Position numbers and translations under genes: made by a program. From Thermodesulfobacteriota bacterium (GTDB taxonomy: Bacteria > Desulfobacterota > Desulfobacteria > Desulfobacterales > SURF-7): a stretch of 55,613 nt of DNA. This document shows positions 1-9,472 of this stretch, one piece after another (position 1 is the first letter of the stretch; each line of letters opens with the position of its first letter). Location: NCBI GenBank assembly GCA_049320885.1, contig JBMORA010000054.1:1-55613 (forward strand), in the 5' to 3' direction. A model generated the notes under the pieces. It was not told the origin of the DNA and did not search any database. It saw only the letters and a program-made list of their open reading frames with translations.

Positions 1-17
1 CTTCAGAGGGGTAGCGT

Positions 18-1274
18 CTATTCCAGCTCGATATCCCGGACAGCGCTCTGCCCGGCGGTTACAGCGACATCGGCGATCGTGACGGTGGCGGCACCCGCGG
101 TCCAGGCCGTGATGGTGTAAGTGCCTTCCGGCAGGGTCAGGTCATAGGTCCCGCCGTCGGCAACGGTGACGGTGGCCACCTCCGCCTGTTCCCCCTGGTT
201 TTGGTCCGGGCACAGGGCGGTCCGCCGAATGCTGAGGGTCGCCTCCTGGTCGGCTTCCGCGTCCTGGATGGTTACCGTGCCTTCAAGGGCGCCGGTGGCG
301 GCCGGGGTCAGGGTGAAATCGGCGGCCGCGTCCTCTCCGGAGGTGATGGTCACCGCTGAACAGGCGGCCTGGTAGCCTTCCTTGACAGCCACCAGGTTGT
401 AGGTTCCAGCCGGCAGGTTGAGGAAATAGCTGCCGGTATCGTCGCTGGGAGTGGCGGCGACCACTGCGACCTTGTCCTTGTCGTCGGCGGCGCCCGGATC
501 CGGTTTTTGAGCCGACAGCAGCGCACCGGCCAGGGGCGCGGCTGGCGTCCCTTCACTGGTCACCACACCGCCGACACCGCCGCTGGTCGATACACCGATG
601 ATCTTGATGGTCGGCTTGAGCAGCCATTTTCCGCTTTTGCCGGCCTGGACAATGGACCTGGCGGCGTCAAAATCCAGAATCAGTTCGGTCGTCCGTCCGG
701 CGGTGATGGTGAAACCGTGCACCAGCTTGATGCCGCTCTGGTATCCGCTGGGAACCTTCAATTCCCGGGCGGAGCCGTCGGCCAGGAGCAAATATTGGGG
801 AAAGGGATGTGGCTGGCCGTTGAGATTGGGGGCGTTGTCCGGCGCGTCCCCCAGGATCAGCCGCATCTGGGTGTACTGTCCGGCCGGCAGGGAAGCGGCG
901 CCCAGGTTCTCCATGACCCCGTTGACCAGTTCCAATAAATTATAAGTTTTTTCCGGTGTGGCCACAACCTGCCAGGAAGCGTCGTCCTCCAGGTCGTCGT
1001 CCTGGTCGTCCTCCGTCGTATCGGTCTCCAGTTCCCCGCCTGACTTTCCGGAGGCGGATGAATCGTCATCCGGAGCGTTTTCCGCCGGGTGGACCCGGAC
1101 TTCCTGAATGGTGACATAGACCGCCTGATAGTCTTCGGCGGCGGAATCCGTCAGGCTCAGGGAAAGCTGCCCGCCACCGCTCCCCGAAGCGCCGGAATCG
1201 GAGCTGCTGCTGGAACAGGCCGAAAGGCCCAACGAAAGCGCCAGGCAGATCAATACGCGTAGAATCGTTTGCAT
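18..1274 (-). CDS. DUF4382-domain lipoprotein with C-terminal carboxypeptidase-regulatory-like beta-sandwich domains
   Basis: Lipobox LSAC followed by a Ser/Gly linker. Motifs LSLTD, LKVPSGYQSGIKL and LILDFDAARSIV...LKPTI are typical of DUF4382. Start moved to ATG 1274 behind a GGAGG RBS. Confidence 0.75.
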   Translation of the reverse strand: MQTILRVLICLALSLGLSACSSSSSDSGASGSGGGQLSLSLTDSAAEDYQAVYVTIQEVRVHPAENAPDDDSSASGKSGGELETDTTEDDQDDDLEDDASWQVVATPEKTYNLLELVNGVMENLGAASLPAGQYTQMRLILGDAPDNAPNLNGQPHPFPQYLLLADGSARELKVPSGYQSGIKLVHGFTITAGRTTELILDFDAARSIVQAGKSGKWLLKPTIKIIGVSTSGGVGGVVTSEGTPAAPLAGALLSAQKPDPGAADDKDKVAVVAATPSDDTGSYFLNLPAGTYNLVAVKEGYQAACSAVTITSGEDAAADFTLTPAATGALEGTVTIQDAEADQEATLSIRRTALCPDQNQGEQAEVATVTVADGGTYDLTLPEGTYTITAWTAGAATVTIADVAVTAGQSAVRDIELE

Positions 1275-1421
1275 TCGTACCTCCATAGGTATGGATTCAT
1301 GACAGTTACCGGCCGGTCTGCCGGTAGCGTTCTTCAGCGCTGGAATCATAGGCCGATGTCCGTCCATTTTTCAATACAAAACCGAATTTTCCCGATCGCT
1401 GTTTTACAGCCATCCACCCAT

Positions 1422-1766
1422 CTATCCTTTTGCCCTGGATTTTCCCAGCAGCAGCACCCTGATGTCGCCGTCGGCCTGGTAACTTGCGATCAGGAGATAG
1501 GGGGCAAGCAGCATGATCCCGCCGAAGATGCCCGCCACTCCCAGCAACAGTCCGGCAATGGAAAAATGATGGCGCCAGGCGAGCCAGAGTCCGGAAAGGA
1601 TGAGAAAGCACATAAAGTCGAAATTGAATTGCCCGGGCCAGGTCAGGGATACCATGTCGCCAAAGAAGACGGGGAGCAGGTTCCAGCCGTGGTTGTAACC
1701 GACGATACCCGTGATGCCCAAAATACCCAAAATAAAAACGACCAGCAGAAACCGAAATGCGTTCAT
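1422..1766 (-). CDS. Small multi-pass membrane protein (W-P-G-Q-F-N-x-D-F family)
   Basis: Three to four hydrophobic segments. RBS GGAGGAG precedes ATG 1766. Divergent from the XRE regulator. Confidence 0.65.
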   Translation of the reverse strand: MNAFRFLLVVFILGILGITGIVGYNHGWNLLPVFFGDMVSLTWPGQFNFDFMCFLILSGLWLAWRHHFSIAGLLLGVAGIFGGIMLLAPYLLIASYQADGDIRVLLLGKSRAKG

Positions 1767-1856
1767 TATTCTCCTCCTCAATTTGATTGGGGTCCCAAAC
1801 TACTTGTACGGCTAATGCGTTTCTGTGTATTGTATCCCTATTGGTAAGGAAGTCCA

Positions 1857-1871
1857 TTACCTTGGAGGTAA
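1857..1871. promoter_or_regulatory. Palindromic operator TTACCT-tgg-AGGTAA overlapping the RBS of the XRE regulator
   Basis: Perfect 6-bp inverted repeat between divergent genes. Confidence 0.5.
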
Positions 1872-1876
1872 AATGA

Positions 1877-2680
1877 ATGCGTATTTTGATCAAAAACGAA
1901 AAAAAACCTGAATCAATCGGTGAGATGGTGCGTTTCTGGCGGCAGGCGAAGCGCGTAAGCCAGCTGGACCTGGCCCTGGACATCGATATCTCCTCCAAAC
2001 ATTTGAGTTTCGTGGAAACGGGCAGGGCCAGACCAAGCCGGAATCTGGTGTTGAAAATCGCCCAGCGCCTGAAAATGCCTCTCCGGCAGCAGAACGCTTT
2101 TTTACTGGCGGCGGGTTATGCTCCTGAATTCGACCAGGCGCCTTTTGACGGGCAAAAAATGCAGATGGTCCGGGAGGCCCTGCACCGCATCATGGAAAAG
2201 CATGCGCCATACCCTGCTTTTGTAGTCGATACGGCTTATACCATCCTCATGAAAAATTCCGGGTATGACCATCTTGTCACCATCTACGCCGGAGAGAACG
2301 CCCTGAAGAAGCATGAAAATGCGATGCGCATTCTTTTCTCGGAAGACGGCCTGCGGCCTTATGTCGTCGACTGGCCTGCCGTGGAACAGTTTCTACTCAA
2401 CCGGCTGTGGGAAGAAGCAGCTGTCACCCAACACGAGGGGCTGATGGAATTGTGCGAGGAAATGTCACGGCTGCGGACCGTCACGGAGATAGCGGCTTTT
2501 CAGCATGCCGGCAATCCTCCGGTGATGCGGCTGGTCTTGGAAAAAGACACGAAGCGGGCGAGTTTCTTCACCACCATCGCCACCCTGGGGACACCGCTGG
2601 ATGTCACCACCCAGGAACTCCGCATCGAGCTGCTCTTCCCGGCGGACGAGGAGACCAAACAATTGTTCCCCCCTGCTTGA
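1877..2680 (+). CDS. XRE/HTH transcriptional regulator with MmyB-like ligand-binding (PAS-like) domain
   Basis: N-terminal WRQAKRVSQLDLAL...HLSFVETGRARPSR. Also HAPYPAFVVD and C-terminal FFTTIATLGTPLDVTTQELRIELLFPADE. Confidence 0.9.
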   Translation: MRILIKNEKKPESIGEMVRFWRQAKRVSQLDLALDIDISSKHLSFVETGRARPSRNLVLKIAQRLKMPLRQQNAFLLAAGYAPEFDQAPFDGQKMQMVREALHRIMEKHAPYPAFVVDTAYTILMKNSGYDHLVTIYAGENALKKHENAMRILFSEDGLRPYVVDWPAVEQFLLNRLWEEAAVTQHEGLMELCEEMSRLRTVTEIAAFQHAGNPPVMRLVLEKDTKRASFFTTIATLGTPLDVTTQELRIELLFPADEETKQLFPPA

Positions 2681-2726
2681 CGGGACCGCCCATCTTCCGG
2701 CGATTATCCGGGAACGCTCACTGCCG

Positions 2727-3665
2727 TTATCGGACCGCCCGCACGAAATCCAGAAAAGCCGAGCGGGTGTTGTACTGGAAGCGGAAACCGGTGGTTTCCG
2801 TCAGTTTCCGGGAAGAGGCCAGCCAGGGATAGAGCACCAGGTTGAGACCGGGGCTGGGAAATTCGGTAAGAAACCGGAAACGCAGGTTCCAGAACAGCGT
2901 GTTCAGTGGCACCATCAGCCACAGGGGCAGATGCAGGACCCGGTTGCCGAGGAGGGTGACCATCTCCGGAAACGTCATGGTGCCGTCGCCGGCGACGTTG
3001 AAGATCCCCGGGATGGATTTTTCCAGACACAACATGATCACCTGCAGGAGATCGTCCTCGTGGACGAACTGAAACGGCGCGGTGTCGCGGGGCAGCATCA
3101 CCAGGGGTTTCTGCAGATATCGGGCCAGGGGATTGTTGAAGCCGGGACCCACCACAAAGCAGGGGCGCAGCACGGTCACGAGCATTTCCGGATGGTTGTT
3201 GGTGAATTCCTGCAGGATGAACTCGATTTCTTTTTTATTTTTCGCATAGGTGAAGTCGTCGTTGCCCCGCAGGGGGCTGTCCTCGGTGAGGGGCACGGGG
3301 TTGTCCGGGTAAAAGCCGTAAGCCGTGGTGGAGCTGGTGTAGAGCAGGTGCTTCACCCGGGCCTTCTCGCAGGCTGCGAGGATATTGCGGGTGCCGGAGA
3401 CGTTGATGTCCTCCATCAGGGCCTTGTCGTGAATCGGGGGCAGGACATAGGCGGTGTGGATCACCGTGTCGATCCGGTATTCTTCCATAATGTCGATGAT
3501 ATTCCCGCGCACGTCCCGTTCCTTGAAAATCAAGCCGGCCGGCCGGGACCGGGGCGGCTTGACATCGATCCCGACCATGGCGACGCCGGACGGATGGTCC
3601 GCCAGGGCGGAGGCGATTTTCATGCCGATATATCCGGAAACGCCCGTGATCAAAACATTATTCAT
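2727..3665 (-). CDS. NAD-dependent epimerase/dehydratase (extended SDR)
   Basis: ITGVSGYIG Rossmann motif, TSSTTAYG and catalytic YAKNK. Start MNNVL follows a GGAGG RBS. Confidence 0.88.
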   Translation of the reverse strand: MNNVLITGVSGYIGMKIASALADHPSGVAMVGIDVKPPRSRPAGLIFKERDVRGNIIDIMEEYRIDTVIHTAYVLPPIHDKALMEDINVSGTRNILAACEKARVKHLLYTSSTTAYGFYPDNPVPLTEDSPLRGNDDFTYAKNKKEIEFILQEFTNNHPEMLVTVLRPCFVVGPGFNNPLARYLQKPLVMLPRDTAPFQFVHEDDLLQVIMLCLEKSIPGIFNVAGDGTMTFPEMVTLLGNRVLHLPLWLMVPLNTLFWNLRFRFLTEFPSPGLNLVLYPWLASSRKLTETTGFRFQYNTRSAFLDFVRAVR

Positions 3666-3701
3666 GAATTCCTCCTCCGTCATCCGCCCCGTTTCGGCTG
3701 A

Positions 3702-4484
3702 TCATTGCCGGGTGGAAAAAGCCAGCCAGCGGGTGGTGGTTTTCCTGGTAAAGGGCAGGAGCCAGCTGAAAAACACGATCAGGTCCAGCAGCAATCCCAC
3801 CCGCCAGTGGACCCGGTTGCCGTGGGCCGCTTTCCAGACGACTTCCGCCACATCCGCTGGTTCCAGGCGGATACCCATTCGGCCCACGCTGGTGGCCTGG
3901 ACCCGGGCTTCGGTGATCATGGGGGTGCGTACATAGGCGGCCATGATATCGCTGACCGTGATGCCGAGGGGTTGAAATTCGATGTTGAGAGCTTCCGTCA
4001 GACCCCGCACGGCGAATTTGGTCGCTGAATACACCGCCAGCTCCGGCGTGCCGTAAATGGACGATGCCGACGACATGTTGATGATGCGGCTGCCGGCCGT
4101 CCCGCGCAACAATTCCAGGCAGGCATGGGTGCAGTTGAGAATCCCGTTGATATTGACGTCCACGATTTTTTTGTGAACTTCGACGCTGATCCGTTGATAG
4201 GGGCCCATGCTGAGAACACCGGCGTTGTTGAACAGGGCGTCCATCTTCCCGCCGGTGGCCTGTTCGAAAAATGAAGCCGCCGCGGTGACGCTTTCCATAT
4301 CGGTGACGTCCATCCGCCGGAAACAGCAGCTGTCCTTTCCAAGCGTCTTCGCCAGCGCCTCCAGTTGCGGTTCACTGATATCGAACAGTCCGGCATACCA
4401 GCCTCTTTTGACGAACAGCTCGGCCGTGGCGCGGCCTATGCCGGAGGCCGCGCCGGTGATGAAAATGGTTTTTTGGGGAGTCAT
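3702..4484 (-). CDS. Classical short-chain dehydrogenase/reductase
   Basis: TGAASGIG, NNAG, YSATK. Confidence 0.92.
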   Translation of the reverse strand: MTPQKTIFITGAASGIGRATAELFVKRGWYAGLFDISEPQLEALAKTLGKDSCCFRRMDVTDMESVTAAASFFEQATGGKMDALFNNAGVLSMGPYQRISVEVHKKIVDVNINGILNCTHACLELLRGTAGSRIINMSSASSIYGTPELAVYSATKFAVRGLTEALNIEFQPLGITVSDIMAAYVRTPMITEARVQATSVGRMGIRLEPADVAEVVWKAAHGNRVHWRVGLLLDLIVFFSWLLPFTRKTTTRWLAFSTRQ

Positions 4485-4494
4485 GTCCGGCTCC

Positions 4495-5736
4495 TTATTT
4501 CACTTTCTCCAAAATATGGAGACACATGGCGGCTTCCTCCACACCGATGTTGCCACCGCCGTTCTCGGCCAATCCCAGCCGGGCACCTTCCACCTGGCGC
4601 TTGCCGGCCTCGCCCCGCAGCTGGATTCCCAGTTCAAAAATCTGGGCCAGCCCGGAGGCGCCGATCGGATGGCCGCGGCATTCGAGCCCTCCACTGGTGT
4701 TGACCGGCTGTTTGCCGCCGAGTCTGGTGGCGCCGGTTTCGGCGTAGGGACCGCCCTGTCCGATGGGGCAGAATCCCATGGCCTCGGTCTGGTGCAGTTC
4801 ACCATAGGCGGTGGCGTCATGCAATTCCGCGAGATCGATATCCCGGGGGCCGACCCCGGCCATGGAATAGGCTTTTTTGACCAGGCGTTCGCCGATATCT
4901 TCCCCGTTCAGGTCCCGATCCGTGCCGGTTCCCAGCACCGATGCCCGGATCTTGATCGCCCGGGTTCCGCCGAGTTTTTTCAGGAACCGTTCGGAACAGA
5001 CGATGGCAGCGGCCGCACCGTCGCCCACCGGAGCGCACATGGCGCGGGTCAGGGGGTAGGCGATGGGTTTGTCGGCCAGCACTTCCTCCACCGTCATATC
5101 CTGCTGGTACTGGGACATGGGGTTGAGGGAGCCATGCCAATGGTTTTTGGCGCAAATCACCGCCAGCTGGCGTTGGGTGGTGCCGAATTTGCTCATATGC
5201 CATCGGGCGCCCATGGCGTAAGCATCCATGAAAATACTGCGGCCTTCGCCGGGCGGCGACTGGCCTTCCGGGATTTCCACCGTAAAGGTTTTGTTGACCT
5301 TCTCCATCATTTCCAGCTGGGCGGCGAAATTTCCCACATCCATGCAGGTGGCATAGGCCGACAGGGACAGCGCCTTGTTGGGGTGGGTGATTTTTTCAGC
5401 CCCGATGGCGATGGCCACATCGAACATCTGCGCCCGTACGCCGGTATAGGCCAGATGAAGGGCCGTGGATGCGCCGGCGCAGGCATTCTCCACATTGGTG
5501 ACCGGGATGGCCTCGATGCCCATGGACCGCAGGACTACTTCCCCCCGGATGGAATGCTGGTTGGCGAACATTCCCCAGAAGGTATTGGAGAAAAAAGCCG
5601 CTTCCAACTGCTTCTGATCCAGGCCGGCGTCTTTCAGCGCCAGCCGGGTGACCTCATGGGCCATGTCCCGCACATCCCGATCCGGATATTTGTTGAATCG
5701 CAGCATTCCCAGCCCGATAATATAAATATTTTCCAT
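4495..5736 (-). CDS. SCP2-type (nonspecific lipid-transfer) thiolase family protein
   Basis: ENACAGAS (nucleophilic Cys), ELHDAT, NTSGGL..RGHPIGASG and ENGGG. Start MENIY follows AGGAGGAG. Confidence 0.9.
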   Translation of the reverse strand: MENIYIIGLGMLRFNKYPDRDVRDMAHEVTRLALKDAGLDQKQLEAAFFSNTFWGMFANQHSIRGEVVLRSMGIEAIPVTNVENACAGASTALHLAYTGVRAQMFDVAIAIGAEKITHPNKALSLSAYATCMDVGNFAAQLEMMEKVNKTFTVEIPEGQSPPGEGRSIFMDAYAMGARWHMSKFGTTQRQLAVICAKNHWHGSLNPMSQYQQDMTVEEVLADKPIAYPLTRAMCAPVGDGAAAAIVCSERFLKKLGGTRAIKIRASVLGTGTDRDLNGEDIGERLVKKAYSMAGVGPRDIDLAELHDATAYGELHQTEAMGFCPIGQGGPYAETGATRLGGKQPVNTSGGLECRGHPIGASGLAQIFELGIQLRGEAGKRQVEGARLGLAENGGGNIGVEEAAMCLHILEKVK

Positions 5737-5785
5737 ACTCCTCCTACCTTTGTGTCCGAAGCCGTTTGGCAGGTGACTTCCGATC

Positions 5786-5820
5786 CGCAATTCGTAATTC
5801 GTAATTCCCAATTCGTAATT
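5786..5820 (-). repeat. Tandem heptamer array (AATTACG)n directly after the ACAD stop codon
   Basis: Coding strand reads aattacg aattggg aattacg aattacg aattgcg. Confidence 0.8.
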
Positions 5821-5823
5821 GTT

Positions 5824-7044
5824 TTACAAATGGTGCGCCCCCGTAAGCATCAGGCTGTCGTTGGCGCCGTCCTCGATCATTCCGGCCCGGGCGTCCCGGA
5901 AGAATTTTTCAACGGGATACTCCCGGCTCAAACCGTTGCCGCCGAAGATCTGGATGGCGTCGCTGGTGACTTCCAGTGCCGTGTTGGTGCAGAAGACCTT
6001 GGAGGCGATGGAGTACTGAATCAGCGGCGGGGTATTGTTGTAGTTGTAAATCATCGCCGCCCTTGAAAGCGCCCGGGCCGCTTCGATCTTCATGAACATG
6101 TTGAACAGTTTGTGCTTGATCATCTGGTGTTCAAACAGCGCCTTGCCGCCCTGAATCCGCTGTTTGCTGTAGGCCAGCGCTTCCTCATAGGCGGCCCGGG
6201 CCACTCCGACGAAAAGGGCGCCCATGCCGGCATTGGCGGTGGACAGGGTGACGTCCAGCATGGAATCATAGCTTTCTTCATCCACCAGCATGTACTCCCG
6301 TGGAACCCTGACGCCGTCGAAATAAATTTCGCCCTGGTTCAGAGCACGTTGACCCATCTTGTCCAATGGTTTCCCCTTGCGGACTCCCGGCAGATCCAGG
6401 GGCACTATGCAGATGCCGCCGCCGGACATACCGCGGGACGGATCGATGGTCAGGTACACCAGGGAATGGGTGGCGATGGTTCCGTTGGAAACCCAGGCGG
6501 ATTTCTGGCCTTCAATGACATAGGAGTCCCCGTCCAGGCGGGCGGTGACCTGCCCGGAGATTTCCGGGTCCGTGAACTGCGGCGTGAAGGGACAGAGGGT
6601 GTCGGTGCCGTGTTCCGGCTCGGTGATGCCCCAGCAGCCGATGATCGACGCATCCTTGCATTCGCAGAACGGCTCGATGATTTCCGCAATGAGGTTGTCC
6701 GAGGGCACCATGGAGGCAAAAAAAGCCGGAAAGCTGGAAACGCCATAGGCGATGCCGAAATCGACACTTCCCCAGGCAAGCTCCTCCAAAACAATGTGGG
6801 TCTCGATGGGGTCGGTGGCCAGGCCGCCGTAAGTGTCGGGAATGAAAATCGTGTGGTAACCGAGATCGTAACCTTTTTTCATGGTATCCCAGAAAAGTTT
6901 GCTTTGAATAACCTCATCAGGCCCCATCTTGTCCAGCTCCAGACTGGCGGGGCGCAGAACTTCCTTGGCAAACCGATGGGTCTCCTCCTTGATGGCAATC
7001 TGTTCGGGTGTCAGCTCAAAATTGAGATCGGTATAGAGAGCCAT
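5824..7044 (-). CDS. Acyl-CoA dehydrogenase
   Basis: WGITEPEHGTD, GQKSAWVSNG, QIFGGNGLSREYPVEKFFRDAR. Confidence 0.95.
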   Translation of the reverse strand: MALYTDLNFELTPEQIAIKEETHRFAKEVLRPASLELDKMGPDEVIQSKLFWDTMKKGYDLGYHTIFIPDTYGGLATDPIETHIVLEELAWGSVDFGIAYGVSSFPAFFASMVPSDNLIAEIIEPFCECKDASIIGCWGITEPEHGTDTLCPFTPQFTDPEISGQVTARLDGDSYVIEGQKSAWVSNGTIATHSLVYLTIDPSRGMSGGGICIVPLDLPGVRKGKPLDKMGQRALNQGEIYFDGVRVPREYMLVDEESYDSMLDVTLSTANAGMGALFVGVARAAYEEALAYSKQRIQGGKALFEHQMIKHKLFNMFMKIEAARALSRAAMIYNYNNTPPLIQYSIASKVFCTNTALEVTSDAIQIFGGNGLSREYPVEKFFRDARAGMIEDGANDSLMLTGAHHL

Positions 7045-7109
7045 GATGATTCTCCTCAGTAAAATTTGGTTGTTGATCGGCGGCGTGTCGCTGCAGGCCG
7101 CCGCCGGTA

Positions 7110-8723
7110 TTATTTAAACTTGTCTTGTCGGTAGACATTTCGTTGATCCGGCGAAAAGGCTTGCCGCAGCACCCGGTCCAGGGCCTTTTCGGAAATGGTC
7201 TTGGGAATTTCATCCACCACCTGCAGGTAAGAGGGGATGAAATTCGGCTCCAGATCCTTTTTGCATTTTCCGAAAATGGCCGCGGGATCAATGGATTTCC
7301 CTTCGAAGGGCGCCACCGCCGCCACGAGATCGCTCTCGCCGGGGGCGCCGGAAGCCGCCGGAACCCCGTATACGCAGACTTCGCTCACATCCGGATGATC
7401 GCCGATGACTTTTTCAATATGGTCCGGCTGGATGAAATCCCCGGCGCGCCGCAACTCGGAACCCTTGCGGCACTGAAAGAAATACCAGCCGTCCGCATCC
7501 TTTTTCACCAGATCGCCGGTCCGGAGCCAACCGCCGCGGGTTTTTTCTTCCGATGCTTCGGGCAGGCCATGATAGTCCACCTTGGTTTCCCCGCGCATCA
7601 TCCGGACGATCAGTTCGCCGGTTTCCCCGTCCGGCACCTGGTTGTCGTTTTCATCCACCACCCGGAATTCCATCATTCCGGGCAGGGGCTTGCCGAAGGA
7701 GCCGATGGGGCCCTTGCCCGGGGGCTTGTAGGCAAAGCCGCCCTCCACGGCCGCGTACCATTCCAGGATTTTGACATCGAAGCGTTTCTCGAAGTCCTCC
7801 CATATGGCCGCGGGGGTCCCGGCGCTGATCACTGTCTGGACCGGGTTGTCCGCGTCGTCGGCCTTTCGCGGCTCATTGTAAATTCCCGCCATCATGCCGC
7901 CCAGGAGGGAGAAGGAGGTGCAGCCGTATTTCCGGCAGATATCCCAGATCCGGGTTTTGGTGAATCTCGCGCTGAGCACCGCCTTGGTGCCGGTGCTGAT
8001 ACTGGGAAACAAGGTGACCGCCTGGGCGTTGCCGTGCGTGAGGGACAGGCCGGTGTACAGGACGTCGCCGGCGCTGTATTTCCATACCAGGCGGGTGGCG
8101 ATGTTGTAGAGGCCGAAGCGGTTGTTGCGGATCATCACACCCTTGGGGTCGCCTGTCGTCCCGGACGTATAGATGATTTCCATGGGATGACGGACATCCA
8201 TGATCTGCTGGGGAACCGTTTGCCAGCTGTCTTTTTCCAGGGTTTCGTTCAAGACCGAATGATCGGGGGAAACCGGCACGCTCTGATCGGGACGGTAGGC
8301 CACGCTGACGAGTTTGAGGTTCGGCAATTGACCAAGGACTTCGGACAACGGCTGGAGCAGCTCGCCGGAAACGAGCACCGCTTTCGCGCCCGAATTATGA
8401 AGCAGAAATCGCAGGCGATCGCCGCGGCTGCGCGGATCAATGGGGATCATGATGGCCCCGATCACCGGACCGGCCAGCATGGCATAGATGAATTCGGGAT
8501 GGTTGCGCATGAAGACACCGTAGGTGTCGCCTTTGCCGATCCCCTTTTCCAGAAACAACCGGGCGATCCGGTTGGATTTTTCATAGAGATCCTTGTAGGT
8601 GAGGATATCCTCCCCCAGATCCCCGTTTTCAAAGACAAGCACTTCTTTATCAGGCTGTTCCTCTGCTTTCATCTCAACAAGATGGGAACAGATGGCCTGA
8701 TTCAAATGCGCTTTCGAACTCAT
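7110..8723 (-). CDS. Acyl-CoA synthetase (AMP-binding, CaiC-like subgroup)
   Basis: YTSGTTGDPKG, GWLRTGD and terminal IPKTISEK. Confidence 0.92.
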   Translation of the reverse strand: MSSKAHLNQAICSHLVEMKAEEQPDKEVLVFENGDLGEDILTYKDLYEKSNRIARLFLEKGIGKGDTYGVFMRNHPEFIYAMLAGPVIGAIMIPIDPRSRGDRLRFLLHNSGAKAVLVSGELLQPLSEVLGQLPNLKLVSVAYRPDQSVPVSPDHSVLNETLEKDSWQTVPQQIMDVRHPMEIIYTSGTTGDPKGVMIRNNRFGLYNIATRLVWKYSAGDVLYTGLSLTHGNAQAVTLFPSISTGTKAVLSARFTKTRIWDICRKYGCTSFSLLGGMMAGIYNEPRKADDADNPVQTVISAGTPAAIWEDFEKRFDVKILEWYAAVEGGFAYKPPGKGPIGSFGKPLPGMMEFRVVDENDNQVPDGETGELIVRMMRGETKVDYHGLPEASEEKTRGGWLRTGDLVKKDADGWYFFQCRKGSELRRAGDFIQPDHIEKVIGDHPDVSEVCVYGVPAASGAPGESDLVAAVAPFEGKSIDPAAIFGKCKKDLEPNFIPSYLQVVDEIPKTISEKALDRVLRQAFSPDQRNVYRQDKFK

Positions 8724-8777
8724 GGTTCACCTTCCTTTGAGGCTGTTCATCTCACGGGCGCGGTTTCGGTGTGACGG

Positions 8778-9428
8778 CTAATCTTCGACCGCGCCGATGA
8801 AGCCCCGGTTGTACGTGGGAAACTCTTTGTTGAAAATTTCGTCCCAATGTTCCTTGGTCCAGAATTCATGCCGGTCGAAATAGGGATTCTTCTTGGCGGT
8901 GCTGACGGATACGCTGATCACCAGATCCACATCCGTAATCACCTGGAGCGCCATGGCGGCGAAGGCCAGGGTGCTGAAGACCCGGCAGTGCAACCCCAGG
9001 CGGTGGGCCGTTGCGGCGGCGGCGTTGGCGGCGATGTTCAGGTTGATGCTCTTGAACATGCAGCTCGGCCCGTTGGCTGTCAGGGATTCGACTTCTTCCG
9101 CCTTGTTCAACTCGGCGCAGGTTCTGTATCCGCAGGCGCCGCAATTGTAGTTGAAATCCGATTTGCGTTTTTCACCCATGAGCATCAGGGCGCACGGCTC
9201 CTTCATCAACTGCACCAGATGCCTGCCGTCCCGGGCCGCCAGCGGCGCCATATCCCCCAGGGAAAAACAGTATTCGGCGATCTGCTGCAAATCTTCTCCT
9301 TGAACATTAATGATTTTCATGGTGTTCCGGTCCTTGAAGCGGAAGCTGTTGTGGGCGCTCAGCGCCATCAGTTCCACTGCCCGGTCCAACCCGTTTTCCA
9401 CAAGGTCCGACATTTCTCTGATCGTCAT
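8778..9428 (-). CDS. DUF2148-type ferredoxin-motif protein (paralogue B)
   Basis: ELMALSA, NCGACGYRTC..GPSC and KNPYFDR match the DUF2148 pattern. RBS GGAGG precedes ATG 9428. Confidence 0.75.
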   Translation of the reverse strand: MTIREMSDLVENGLDRAVELMALSAHNSFRFKDRNTMKIINVQGEDLQQIAEYCFSLGDMAPLAARDGRHLVQLMKEPCALMLMGEKRKSDFNYNCGACGYRTCAELNKAEEVESLTANGPSCMFKSINLNIAANAAAATAHRLGLHCRVFSTLAFAAMALQVITDVDLVISVSVSTAKKNPYFDRHEFWTKEHWDEIFNKEFPTYNRGFIGAVED

Positions 9429-9472
9429 GTTGCCCTCCTGTAAGCCTGTTCCTTTGGTTAGCGTTCCTTGCC

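Noticed and set aside
4207..8774. Long plus-strand ORFs (4207-6066, 6112-7062, 7125-8774)
   Set aside because: Antisense shadows of well-supported minus-strand enzymes. They have no recognisable motifs and are typical of high-GC codon bias.
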